A stretch of DNA of 64,000 nt from Candidatus Aminicenantes bacterium. GTDB taxonomy: Bacteria > Acidobacteriota > Aminicenantia > UBA2199. Location of the stretch: contig CAWGGP010000001.1 in NCBI GenBank assembly GCA_963822075.1, positions 366,331 through 430,330 on the forward strand. Reading direction: 5' to 3'. The notes beneath the pieces are model-generated. The model saw only the letters and a list, made by a program, of their open reading frames with translations, did no database searches and was not told where the DNA came from. The position numbers were made by a program, and so were the translations under genes. Shown here one piece after another: positions 37,513 through 46,553 of this stretch. Each line of letters starts with the position of its first letter. Position 1 is the stretch's first letter.

Positions 37513-38577
37513 TCAGGCGGCCTGCGGCGGAGGGGTCTTGGCCGGTGTTTCCCTGGTGAAGGTGAAGGAAAAAGCGAACAGCAGCAACCCCACCACGCAC
37601 ACGGCGCCGGCCACGGCGATCACCGGCGACATGAAATGGCGGGAAATCACCTGGGCCAGGCCGCTGGCATGGTCGGCGAAAATTTCCGGCCAGCGGTTCC
37701 AGTGCGGGGCTTCATAGACCGGCCCGATGCGCATGGCCCAGGGAATGACCCCCTTGACCAGCGAGGACAGCGCCAGTACCAGCCCGCCGCCGGCCATGGT
37801 CGCGGCGCCGCTCCAGCGGAAGAAAAGGGATGTGCTGCGGGCGGCGACCAGCGCTCCCAGGAGGATGAAGACGGCCGGGATCAGGAAAAGCAGGTAGGTG
37901 AAAGAGGTAATGGTCTTGGCTATGTTGAATCTCCCGCGCGGGAAATGGGCGTTTTCCATGATGTTGACCTGGTCGGGGATATCGCGCGTGATGCGGTCGC
38001 GGATGACCGCGGCGGCGGCGATGCCCGTCGTGTTTTCCGGGCGGCAAGGGGGCAGGGCATCATAGGGGCTGGCGTGGAGCATGATGCGTTCCCAGGCCTG
38101 GGCCTGCCCGGAAGAGCAGGCCGGGAGCTTTTCCATGACCTGCGCCAGCCAGCGCTCCATGGCCGGGTGGCTGAAGGCCGCTTTCAGCGGGCGCATGTCG
38201 AGCCAGACGTTGCGGGCGGCGCTCCGGCCGTTCAGGATGTCGCCGATGGCGCGCAACGAACCGGAAAGCTCCTTTTCCAGCCAGCTGTTCAGGCCGGTCT
38301 CCCGCAGCACTTCCCTGGGGGTGGAGCTTGCCCCGGCGATGGCGTTCAGCCAGGTCCGGGTGTCGTAGTCCATGTCGGAGTTTTCATCGCGGGCCGCCAG
38401 GATCATCCCGTCCAGCAGGTCGGGGACCTCGGCGATGACCTCGCCGGGGAGCTCGGAGAGCGTTTTTGGCGAGATCACGGCCTGGGTGAAGCCCACGGCC
38501 CAGATGACGCCGAAGAGGATCGGCACCGCGAAAAAGATCATGATCAACAGACCCAAGACGGTTCGCGTTTGGTTCAT
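37513..38577 (-). CDS. hypothetical polytopic membrane protein
   Basis: ORF 37513..38577. It has an N-terminal TM segment, a soluble middle and three to four C-terminal TM segments. I recognise no motif. Confidence 0.6.
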   Translation of the reverse strand: MNQTRTVLGLLIMIFFAVPILFGVIWAVGFTQAVISPKTLSELPGEVIAEVPDLLDGMILAARDENSDMDYDTRTWLNAIAGASSTPREVLRETGLNSWLEKELSGSLRAIGDILNGRSAARNVWLDMRPLKAAFSHPAMERWLAQVMEKLPACSSGQAQAWERIMLHASPYDALPPCRPENTTGIAAAAVIRDRITRDIPDQVNIMENAHFPRGRFNIAKTITSFTYLLFLIPAVFILLGALVAARSTSLFFRWSGAATMAGGGLVLALSSLVKGVIPWAMRIGPVYEAPHWNRWPEIFADHASGLAQVISRHFMSPVIAVAGAVCVVGLLLFAFSFTFTRETPAKTPPPQAA

Positions 38578-38671
38578 GGCTTTGCTCCTGTTCTAAAAAA
38601 CGAAAAACACGGGCGAAAAGTTCTTCCGGCGGGCGCTATTTTACGTTTTTCCGGGGCGCGGGGCAAGGGGG

Positions 38672-39735
38672 TCATTTCCCGGGCGGCGGATCCAGGCTGA
38701 ACCCGGCCGAAAAGAACCCGACCCAGTGTTTCAGGGAAAAAGGCGCCGTGATGCCGAAGCCCGCCTTCTTCAGAGGCAGGACCCCCAGGCTGTAGGTGTC
38801 GGAGTAGAGGAGGAGGTTCCCCCGCAGGTTCCGCCCCGTGGCTTTCTTCACGGTTTTGCCGATGGCGAGCAGGCCGAAGGGGATGTCGTACTTGCCGCAC
38901 CAGTAGGTGTCGCGGTAATCGAGGTACGTGGCGCCCCAGAGCTCCCGGGTCAGCTGCAGGATCTTTCGCTCGTCCAGACCGCCGTTGACAACGCTGCGGC
39001 GATGCTCCGGTCCCTTGCCGTTCCCCGGGCGTGGGCCTTCTCGTCCTCGCCGTAGGGGATGTTGGCGAAATCGCGGCCGTAGTGGTTGGCGTCGGCCGAG
39101 ATCAGGAAAACGATGTCCGGGCCGAGCCGCAGTTTCCTTTCAGCGATATAGTCGGCTAGCGCCGTCGCCAGGCGTTCGGCAAGCTCCTGCATCTTTTCCC
39201 AGGGCATGGCCGTGACCATGATCGGCGTGATGCGGATGCCTGGATTGTTGTATTGCAGCCACGGCACCAGGGCCTCGATCGAGTGTTCGAGCGAGTGTGC
39301 CTGGTTGCTGACGATGAAATCTTCCCTGGGCAGGCGGCTTTTGAGCCAGTCGCGCAGCGGGGAGATCTCCACTTCCCGGCTCAGGCCGGACCAGGAGCGG
39401 TATTCATCCAGGAGCAGCACCCCGCGCGGGTCGCCGATCTCCTTGCGCACCGTGCCATGGGTGACGCCGAAGATCACCGCCTCCTTGGTCCGCAGGCTCC
39501 TGAACAACCGATAATACACGGGCCCGGCGTAGAGGTAGTCGTCGTGCGGCGAGATGCCCGCCACCAGGCCGTGGTCCGGGGAGCCCCGCCGGCCGCTCGC
39601 GGCAAGGAGCTCCAGCAAGCGCTGCATCTGCGGGCGCTGCCAGCAGAAACCGACGTCATCCCGCACCGGGCGCACGTCCTGGGCCTGCAGCAAAGGGAAC
39701 CAGGCGAGACAAAAAAGCAGGAAGATTCTTTTCAT
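38672..39735 (-). pseudogene. MEMO1-family (AmmeMemoRadiSam system protein B-like) protein with signal peptide, disrupted
   Basis: ORF 38950..39735 (MKRIFLLFCLAWFPLLQA; ISPHDDYLYAG; HSLEHSIE; SADANHYG). By my own translation, the C-terminal roughly 110 codons continue in another frame down to TGA 38672-38674. The frame change lies near 39020. Confidence 0.65.
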
Positions 39736-39800
39736 GGCGGCATTTTACCATTTCGGCCTCGTTTGTGAAACGACGCCTGGTGCGGACCATTGTTGCCATC

Positions 39801-39809
39801 TGGTATAAT
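39801..39809 (+). promoter_or_regulatory. extended -10 promoter element (TGGTATAAT)
   Basis: TGnTATAAT ends 6 nt before ATG 39816, with no Shine-Dalgarno between them. Confidence 0.45.
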
Positions 39810-39815
39810 AGGCGC

Positions 39816-40910
39816 ATGCATTTCATCTATGGCTGCGGGTCGGGTGCCGGTGAGCGGCGATTCCTGCGGGCTTTTTTCCTGGGAGCCGCGTTCCTGGCCG
39901 CCGTTTTTTGCTCCCCGACCGCCCCCGAAGAGCCACCGCCAGGGCCGGAAAGTCCGTTCCACACGGTTGGCAATCCCGGCGATGTCGCCCCGGCATGCGC
40001 TTACGGCATGGCTCTGGTCGGCGGGGGCCGGCGATGCAGCCAAGCCTACCGTTGGCTCATCGAGCGTTCCGGCGGCGGCGATTTTGTTTTCCTGACCGCA
40101 AGCGCCTATAGCGATGAGGAGGACGAAGAATTCCTTACCGATATGCGGCATCTGGGCGCGGTCGATTCCATCACGACCCTGACAGTCGACAGCCGGGCCA
40201 AGGCCGACCTGCCCGAGGTGGAAGAAACGCTCCAAAGGGCCGAATTGCTTTTTATCGATGGCGGCGACCAGACCGAATACTTCGACCTGTGGAACGGGAC
40301 GCGCTTGCAGAGGACGGTCCAGGCCCTCCTGCGCGCGAAGAAAATCCCGGTGGGGGGAACCAGCGCGGGGATGGCGGTTCTTTCCGAGCTGGCGTACATT
40401 CCTCTCCGCGCCGGCGTGACATCAGGCCAGGCGTTGGCCGATCCATTTCATGCGAACATGGATCTTATCAGAAAGGACTTCCTCTCCGTGGAGCGCCTGG
40501 CGAACGTGATCAGCGACACTCATTGGTCCGAGCGCGACCGCTGCGGGCGCACCATCGCCTTCCTGGCGCGCATCGTCAGCGACGGCCTGGCCCCCTGGCC
40601 TCAGGCCAGGGCCATTGCCTGCGATGAGGGAACGGCGGTCTGCATCGACGAAAATGACCAGGCCGTCGTGTTCGGCGGCGCCGGGACCTCGGACTACGCT
40701 TTTTTCATTTCCTGCCGCTCCAAGCCCGAGCGCTGCTTGCCCAGGAGTTCCCTGCACTGGCCGGCCGCCGTTTCGGTCTGGAAATTGCGGGGGACTGAGG
40801 CCGGCCTGAACAGCTTCGACCTGGTCGATTGGCGCGGGCGCGGCGGGACGCTGCACGACGTGAACGTGCTCAACGGGATGCTGTCGCTCGATATCCAGAC
40901 CCCGGATTGA
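39816..40910 (+). CDS. S51-family peptidase (cyanophycinase/peptidase E-like)
   Basis: In ORF 39765..40910, ATG 39816 opens a hydrophobic N-terminus. It has LLFIDGGDQ and VGGTSAGMAV (nucleophile Ser). Confidence 0.7.
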   Translation: MHFIYGCGSGAGERRFLRAFFLGAAFLAAVFCSPTAPEEPPPGPESPFHTVGNPGDVAPACAYGMALVGGGRRCSQAYRWLIERSGGGDFVFLTASAYSDEEDEEFLTDMRHLGAVDSITTLTVDSRAKADLPEVEETLQRAELLFIDGGDQTEYFDLWNGTRLQRTVQALLRAKKIPVGGTSAGMAVLSELAYIPLRAGVTSGQALADPFHANMDLIRKDFLSVERLANVISDTHWSERDRCGRTIAFLARIVSDGLAPWPQARAIACDEGTAVCIDENDQAVVFGGAGTSDYAFFISCRSKPERCLPRSSLHWPAAVSVWKLRGTEAGLNSFDLVDWRGRGGTLHDVNVLNGMLSLDIQTPD

Positions 40911-40923
40911 ATACGGCCGGTCT

Positions 40924-42864
40924 CTATTTCAGGATGGCGCCGACCGGGGTATCGTCGGGCAGGATGGGGATATACGGGCGATTGCCGGCGTCGGAAGCGG
41001 CCAGGATCATGCCCTGGGACAGGATGCCGCGCAGCTTGGCCGGCTTCAGGTTCTTGACGATGATGATCTTGCGGCCGACCAAATCCTCGGGCTTGTAGTA
41101 GAGGGCGATCCCGGCCACCAGGGTGCGGGTATCGCTTCCGGTATCGATCTGCAGTTTCAGCAGCTTGTCGGCCTTTTCCACTTTTTCCGCCGCCAGCACC
41201 CGGGCCACGACCATCTGCACTTTCTTGAAATCCTGGATCTCGATCAGTCCTTCCGCGCCGGCCCCGTTCCCCTGGGGAGGCGTCGCCGCCGGCGGTTCCG
41301 CGCTCGCTGGCGGGGGAACCGCCTCCCCCTCCGCGAAGAACACCCTGCCGTCCACCCGCGGGAACAACTGCATGCCCGGCTGGATGGTGAAGGCTTCGGG
41401 CAGGTCTTTCCAGCCGAGCCCGGGGTCGGCGGCGTTGAAGATGCCGCGCACCTTGGCGGCCGTGTCGGGCAGGATGGGAGACAGCAGGGCGTTGACGCTG
41501 AGGATGGCCCGGGCCAGGGTCTTCAGGACCGCGGCCAGGCGCGGCTCGTTCTCCTTTTCTTTCGCCAGGTTCCAGGGCTGGGCTTCGACGATATAGCGGT
41601 TCAGGCTGTTGACATACTCGAAAATGCTCTCCAGGCCGCGGTTGAACTGGTACTGGTCGAAATTGTCCAGGACCGTTTTTTCCAGTTCGACATAACGGTC
41701 GCGGATCTCGTCCTCCTTTGCCGTATAGAGCGCGGCGTCGCGGAAGGAGTTGGCGAAATATTTTTCGATCATGCCCGTGGTTCGCGACACCAGGTTGGCC
41801 CAGTCATTGGTCAGGTCGGTGTTGACCCGGTTGATGAATCCCTCGTGGGAAAAATTGCCGTCGGCGCCGATCGATGCCTCGCGCATCAGGAAATAGCGGA
41901 TGGCGTCGGCGCTGAAATGCTTCAGCAGGATATGGGGGTCCAGGACATTGCCGCTGGACTTGGACATCTTCTTTTCGTCCTTCAGCCACCAGCCGTGGAT
42001 CAGTTCCTTTTTGGGCAGGGGCAGCCCGGCGGCCATCAGGAAGGCAGGCCAGTACACGGCGTGGTACTTGAGGATATCCTTGGCCATGATATGCAGGTCG
42101 GCGGGCCAGAGCTCCTTGAAGCGCTCGCCCTCACCGAGGTAATCGATAGCGGTGATGTAGTTGGATAGGGCGTCGAACCAGACATAGATCGTCTGCTGCT
42201 CATCGCCCGGGACCGGCACGCCCCACTTGACGGTGGAACGGGTGACGCTCAGGTCGCGCAGCCCCATCTTGACGAACGAGACCACTTCGTTCATCCTGGA
42301 GCGCGGCGTGACGAAATCGGGGTTTTCCTCGTAGAATTTCAGCAGCCTTTCGCCGTAGGCCGAGAGGCGGAAGAAATAGCATTTTTCCTTGACGCGGTTG
42401 TCGGTGGGCCGCCCGCATTCGGGGCAGGTCCTCTTGCCGTCGGCCGTTTCCTCGACGCTGTCGGGTATGAAATTTTCGCAGGAAATGCAGTAGTGGCCCG
42501 CATACTCCCCCAGGTAGATGCCGCCCTTCTCCTTGACCTTGGTGAATATTTTCTGCACTCCCTGGATATGCTCTTCGTCGGTGGTGCGGATGAAGCGGTC
42601 ATACTCGATATGCAGCAGCCGCCACAACTGCTTGAAGTGCACCACCATGGCGTCGGCGAGCTGCTTCGGGGTCAGCCCCTGCTTGGCGGCGGAGCGCTCG
42701 ATCTTCTGGCCGTGCTCGTCGGTCCCGGTCAGGAAAAAGACCCGGTAGCCGCGCAGCTGCTTGTAGCGCTTGATGACGTCGGCCAGGATGGTGGTGTAGG
42801 CATGGCCGATGTGCGGGACATCGTTCACGTAATAGATCGGGGTGGTCAGGTAAAATTTCTCCAT
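40924..42864 (-). CDS. metG: methionine--tRNA ligase with C-terminal tRNA-binding domain
   Basis: In ORF 40924..42909, the start is ATG 42864 after GAGGAG. It has PHIGHAYT (HIGH), KMSKS, a CxxC zinc knuckle and a Trbp111-like tail. Confidence 0.9.
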   Translation of the reverse strand: MEKFYLTTPIYYVNDVPHIGHAYTTILADVIKRYKQLRGYRVFFLTGTDEHGQKIERSAAKQGLTPKQLADAMVVHFKQLWRLLHIEYDRFIRTTDEEHIQGVQKIFTKVKEKGGIYLGEYAGHYCISCENFIPDSVEETADGKRTCPECGRPTDNRVKEKCYFFRLSAYGERLLKFYEENPDFVTPRSRMNEVVSFVKMGLRDLSVTRSTVKWGVPVPGDEQQTIYVWFDALSNYITAIDYLGEGERFKELWPADLHIMAKDILKYHAVYWPAFLMAAGLPLPKKELIHGWWLKDEKKMSKSSGNVLDPHILLKHFSADAIRYFLMREASIGADGNFSHEGFINRVNTDLTNDWANLVSRTTGMIEKYFANSFRDAALYTAKEDEIRDRYVELEKTVLDNFDQYQFNRGLESIFEYVNSLNRYIVEAQPWNLAKEKENEPRLAAVLKTLARAILSVNALLSPILPDTAAKVRGIFNAADPGLGWKDLPEAFTIQPGMQLFPRVDGRVFFAEGEAVPPPASAEPPAATPPQGNGAGAEGLIEIQDFKKVQMVVARVLAAEKVEKADKLLKLQIDTGSDTRTLVAGIALYYKPEDLVGRKIIIVKNLKPAKLRGILSQGMILAASDAGNRPYIPILPDDTPVGAILK

Positions 42865-42897
42865 GGCCGTCTCCTCGTGGCGGATCGAAAGAATTGA

Positions 42898-42906
42898 ATT
42901 ATAACA
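42898..42906 (-). promoter_or_regulatory. extended -10 promoter element for metG (TGTTATAAT)
   Basis: On the minus strand, TGtTATAAT lies about 34 nt upstream of ATG 42864. Confidence 0.5.
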
Positions 42907-42953
42907 CAAAACGGCGGGTGCGGAAAAACTCGGCCCTTTGGGGCGGCCGGCCC

Positions 42954-44849
42954 TTAAAACGAGATTTTCAGCGGCTTGGTGTCTTCTTTTTTCCCTTTCT
43001 CGGGCCTGTTTTGCGTGTTCAGGTCGACATCCATGGTCCGCTCGATCTGGGCGTGCGGGGGTTCGCCGCCGGTCATGGCGCTGACCTTATTCCATAGTTC
43101 CACCATCTTTTTCTCCAGCGTTTCCAGGGCGGGAATATTTTCCTTCTCGATCTCCTTTTCGGCCTCGCGGATGATGGCGGCGATCTCGCCCTTGGTTTCC
43201 CCGGGCAAGCCGCTGCCCCGGCTCAGCTGGTTCAGCGAATAGATCTGGTTGATGACCTTGTTCTTCTTGAAAATGGCCTCTCTCTTTTTCAGGTCCACGT
43301 CCGACAGTTTCTTGGCTTCCTCCCTGAGCCGCTCCACATCCTCCTTGCTCAGCAGGCCGGACTGCGAGATCAGTATCTCCTTTTTGCTCTTGGTGGAAAG
43401 GTCGATGGTCGAAACATTCATGATGCCGTTGATGTTGATGCTGAACGTCACCTCGATGCGCGGGACGCCCCTGGGGGCGCGCTTGATGTCCAGCAGGGTG
43501 AATTTCCCCAGCAATTTGTTCTCCTCGGCGATCTCCCTTTCCCCCTGATACACTTCGATGTCGACCTCGGACTGGTTGTCCTCGGCGGTGGAGAAGACCA
43601 GGCTGCGGCTGACCGGGATGGTGGTGTTGGCGTTGATGATGCGGGTGAAGGCCCCGCCGAAGGTCTTGACGCCCAGGGCCAGGGGGGTGACGTCGAGGAG
43701 CAGGATGTCCTTGCTGTCGCCCTTGATGATCGACCCTTGCGCCGCCGCCCCCATGGCCACGATCTCGTCGGGATTGACCTTGCGGTTGGGCTCGCGCCTG
43801 AAGAATTCCTTGACCTTCTGCTGGACGTACGGGATGCGCGTCGATCCCCCGACCAGCAGGAATTCGTCGATCTCCTCGATCTGCAGGTTGGCGTTCTTCA
43901 GGGCCCGCGAGCAGATCTCCAGGGTCTGATCGACCTCTTTCTTGACCAGGTTCTCGAATTCGCTGCGGCGCAGGAATTTGATCAGGTGCACCGGGCCGTC
44001 CTCGGATTCGGCGATGAAGGGCAGGTTGATCTCGCATTCGTCGACCGCCGAAAGCTCGATCTTGGCGTTCTCCGCGGCCTCGCGGATGCGCTGCAGCGCC
44101 GCCTTGTCCCGGGAAAGGTCGATGCGGTGCTCCTTGGCGAATTCCTGGGTCAGCTTCTGGGTGAGGGCGATGTCGAAGTTGTTGCCCCCCAGGTGGGTAT
44201 TGCCGGCGGTGGCCAGGACCTTGATGATGCCGTTCTGGACGTCCAGGACCGAGATATCGATGGTGCCGCCGCCGAAGTCGTAGACGATGATCTTGGCCTT
44301 TTTTTTCAGGTCGATGGAATAGGCCAGCGAAGCCGCCGTCGGTTCGTTGATGATGCGTTTGACGTTGAGCCCGGCGATGCTGCCGGCGTCCTTGGTGGCC
44401 TGGCGCTGGGAGTCGTTGAAATAGGCCGGGACGGTGATGATCACGCTTTCGATGGGGTCGCTCAGGTAGCGGTCGGCCGCGTCCTTAAGCTTGAGCAGGA
44501 TCATGGCCGAGATCTCTTCCGGCGCATAAAGCTGGTTGTTGACCTCGATGCGCAGCAGGTCGTCGCCGTGCCTGACGATGTGGAAGGGGAATTCCTGCAG
44601 GTAGGGCTCGACCTCGGAATATTTTTTCCCCATCAGGGTCTTGACCGATGATATGGTGTTGAGCGGGTTGGTGATCATCTGGCTTTTGGCGGGCTGGCCG
44701 ACCAGCCTTTCGCCGCCGGCAGTGAAGGCGACGATGGAAGGCAGCAGCCGGTGCCCTTCCGGGGTCAGGATGATCTCGGGGGTCGTGCCTTCCAGGTAGG
44801 CGATGGCGGATTTGGTGGTGCCGAGGTCGATTCCTAATATCTTACCCAT
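42954..44849 (-). CDS. Hsp70-family chaperone (divergent DnaK paralog)
   Basis: ORF 42954..44849 (GIDLGTTKS, ITVPAYFNDSQRQATKDAG, DFGGGTIDIS, LVGGSTRIP). It diverges from canonical DnaK signatures, and no grpE or dnaJ is adjacent. Confidence 0.8.
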   Translation of the reverse strand: MGKILGIDLGTTKSAIAYLEGTTPEIILTPEGHRLLPSIVAFTAGGERLVGQPAKSQMITNPLNTISSVKTLMGKKYSEVEPYLQEFPFHIVRHGDDLLRIEVNNQLYAPEEISAMILLKLKDAADRYLSDPIESVIITVPAYFNDSQRQATKDAGSIAGLNVKRIINEPTAASLAYSIDLKKKAKIIVYDFGGGTIDISVLDVQNGIIKVLATAGNTHLGGNNFDIALTQKLTQEFAKEHRIDLSRDKAALQRIREAAENAKIELSAVDECEINLPFIAESEDGPVHLIKFLRRSEFENLVKKEVDQTLEICSRALKNANLQIEEIDEFLLVGGSTRIPYVQQKVKEFFRREPNRKVNPDEIVAMGAAAQGSIIKGDSKDILLLDVTPLALGVKTFGGAFTRIINANTTIPVSRSLVFSTAEDNQSEVDIEVYQGEREIAEENKLLGKFTLLDIKRAPRGVPRIEVTFSININGIMNVSTIDLSTKSKKEILISQSGLLSKEDVERLREEAKKLSDVDLKKREAIFKKNKVINQIYSLNQLSRGSGLPGETKGEIAAIIREAEKEIEKENIPALETLEKKMVELWNKVSAMTGGEPPHAQIERTMDVDLNTQNRPEKGKKEDTKPLKISF

Positions 44850-44944
44850 CTCGTTGATTTTTCTATCATACTGCTTTCAAAAAGTCAATCGCCCTCCGGG
44901 CGCGGCGAACGTAATTTTCGCCGTGCGCGGGGAGGCGGGGCCCC

Positions 44945-44973
44945 TTGACTAATTGATTTTTTTACGCTATGAT
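44945..44973 (+). promoter_or_regulatory. sigma70 promoter for tRNA-Phe
   Basis: TTGACT (44945-44950), a 17-nt spacer, then TATGAT (44968-44973). The tRNA starts 13 nt downstream. Confidence 0.6.
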
Positions 44974-44985
44974 TCCAATCCAAAT

Positions 44986-45058
44986 GCCGGGATAGCTCAG
45001 TTGGTAGAGCAGTGGACTGAAAATCCGCGTGTCCTTGGTTCGATTCCGAGTCCCGGCA
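44986..45058 (+). tRNA. tRNA-Phe (anticodon GAA)
   Basis: A 73-nt cloverleaf folded by hand. Acceptor GCCGGGA/TCCCGGC, D arm GCTC..GAGC, anticodon stem GTGGA/TCCGC with loop CTGAAAA, T arm CTTGG-TTCGATT-CCGAG, discriminator A. No CCA is encoded. Confidence 0.95.
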
Positions 45059-45064
45059 TTTTAC

Positions 45065-45093
45065 TTGACTCCACCCCCCCGATTTGCTACTAT
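45065..45093 (+). promoter_or_regulatory. sigma70 promoter positioned for a leaderless hldA transcript
   Basis: TTGACT (45065-45070), a 17-nt spacer, then TACTAT (45088-45093). The A of ATG 45100 is the 7th nt after the -10. Confidence 0.55.
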
Positions 45094-45099
45094 TTTTCA

Positions 45100-46083
45100 A
45101 TGACGACCCCATTGTCTTCCATCGTTTCCCGGTTCAAGAATAAAAAGATCGTCGTCTGGGGCGACCTGATCCTCGACCAGTACGTGTTCACATCGGCCGG
45201 GCGGGTGTCGCGCGAAGCCCCGGTGCTGGTCACCGAATTCGAGAAGAACGAATACCGCCTGGGCGGCGCCGGCAATGTGGTGATGAACCTGCTGACCCTG
45301 GGAGCGGAGCCGGTGCCCGTGGGCTTCGTGGGCAAGGACGCCTCGGGAGAGATCATGCTGGACCTGCTGCGCGAGCAGGGGATCGCCACCGCTTCCCTGG
45401 TGGCGGCTGACGGCTTCCCGACACCGTTGAAAAGCCGGATCCTTTCCGGCGGCGACAACACCAAGAAGCAGCAGATCCTGCGCATCGACACCCTGCCCCC
45501 GGCGGCGCTCGGGGAACCGGCGCGGCTGAAGCTCGCCAAGGCCCTGTTCGCGGCGCTGGCGGAAAGCGACCTGCTGATTCTTTCCGATTACCTGGCCTGG
45601 ACCGTCGATCCCGGCATTTTTCAAAACCTGAAAAAAAAATTCCCGGGCCGGGCCAGCGCCCTGGACTCGCGGAACAACCTGCTTGATTTTCCCGGCGTGA
45701 CCCTGGCCACCCCCAACGAGCCCGAGATCAAAAATCTCTTCCCGGAGAGGAAATTCCTCGACGACGGCGATTTCCTTGCCGCCGGCGGCGAATTGCTGGA
45801 AAAGCTGGGTGCCGAGGGGGTCGTCCTGAAGCGAGGCCACCGGGGCATGCTGATTTTCGGTCGCGGCCAGAAACCGCGCGGCCTGGACATTTACGGGACT
45901 TCGCAGATCGTCGATGTCACCGGCGCCGGGGACACCGTCCTGGCCGTCCTGGGGCTGGGACTGGCGTGTGGAGCTTCCCTGCTGGATTCGGCCCGCCTGG
46001 CCAATATCGCCGGGGGCCTCGTGGTCATGCACGAAGGGGCGTACCCCATCCGCCGCCGGGAACTCCGGGATGCCCTCGGATAA
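45100..46083 (+). CDS. hldA: D-glycero-beta-D-manno-heptose-7-phosphate kinase (RfaE domain I type)
   Basis: This is the in-frame part of ORF 44953..46083 from ATG 45100. It has the ribokinase-fold motifs GGAGNV and DVTGAGDT, with family-typical VWGDLILDQY. Confidence 0.8.
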   Translation: MTTPLSSIVSRFKNKKIVVWGDLILDQYVFTSAGRVSREAPVLVTEFEKNEYRLGGAGNVVMNLLTLGAEPVPVGFVGKDASGEIMLDLLREQGIATASLVAADGFPTPLKSRILSGGDNTKKQQILRIDTLPPAALGEPARLKLAKALFAALAESDLLILSDYLAWTVDPGIFQNLKKKFPGRASALDSRNNLLDFPGVTLATPNEPEIKNLFPERKFLDDGDFLAAGGELLEKLGAEGVVLKRGHRGMLIFGRGQKPRGLDIYGTSQIVDVTGAGDTVLAVLGLGLACGASLLDSARLANIAGGLVVMHEGAYPIRRRELRDALG

Positions 46084-46552
46084 ATACCTCCCCCTGCCGC
46101 GGTTGGCCGAGCGGATCGCCCGCGAAAAGGAAACGGGCAAGACCATCGTCCTGGCCAACGGCGGCTTCGATCTCATCCACGTCGGCCATGTCCGCTATCT
46201 GCAGGCGGCCAAGTCCCTGGGCGACATCCTGGTGGTCGCCCTGAACTCCGATTCTTCCCTAAAAAAGCTGAAGGGGGCCGGCCGCGCCCTGATCGACGAG
46301 GCGGGGCGGGTGCGGATCATCTCGGCGCTGGCGTGCGTGGATTACGTGACCCTGTTCTCCGAGGGGACGGTCGGCCGCGTGCTGCTGGCCCTCACCCCCG
46401 ATTTTCATTGCAAGGGCTCGGACTACACCCTGGACTCGATTCCCGAGCGCGACATCGTCCGGAGCTACGGCGGCCGGATGGCCATCGTCGGCGGCGGCAA
46501 GGTCCGCTCCACTTCGCTGCTGATCCAAAGGATCAAGGGATTGTACGGCTAA
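46070..46552 (+). CDS. hldC: D-glycero-beta-D-manno-heptose-1-phosphate adenylyltransferase (RfaE domain II type)
   Basis: Within ORF 45914..46552, starting at ATG 46070. It has the cytidylyltransferase motif GGFDLIHVGH and overlaps the hldA 3' end. Confidence 0.8.
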   Translation: MPSDKYLPLPRLAERIAREKETGKTIVLANGGFDLIHVGHVRYLQAAKSLGDILVVALNSDSSLKKLKGAGRALIDEAGRVRIISALACVDYVTLFSEGTVGRVLLALTPDFHCKGSDYTLDSIPERDIVRSYGGRMAIVGGGKVRSTSLLIQRIKGLYG

Positions 46553-46553
46553 A

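Noticed and set aside
44850-45100. tRNA-Phe as an integration hotspot for a mobile element
   Set aside because: No integrase, no duplicated tRNA 3' end and no compositional break flank the tRNA. The neighbouring genes are LPS core and chaperone genes.
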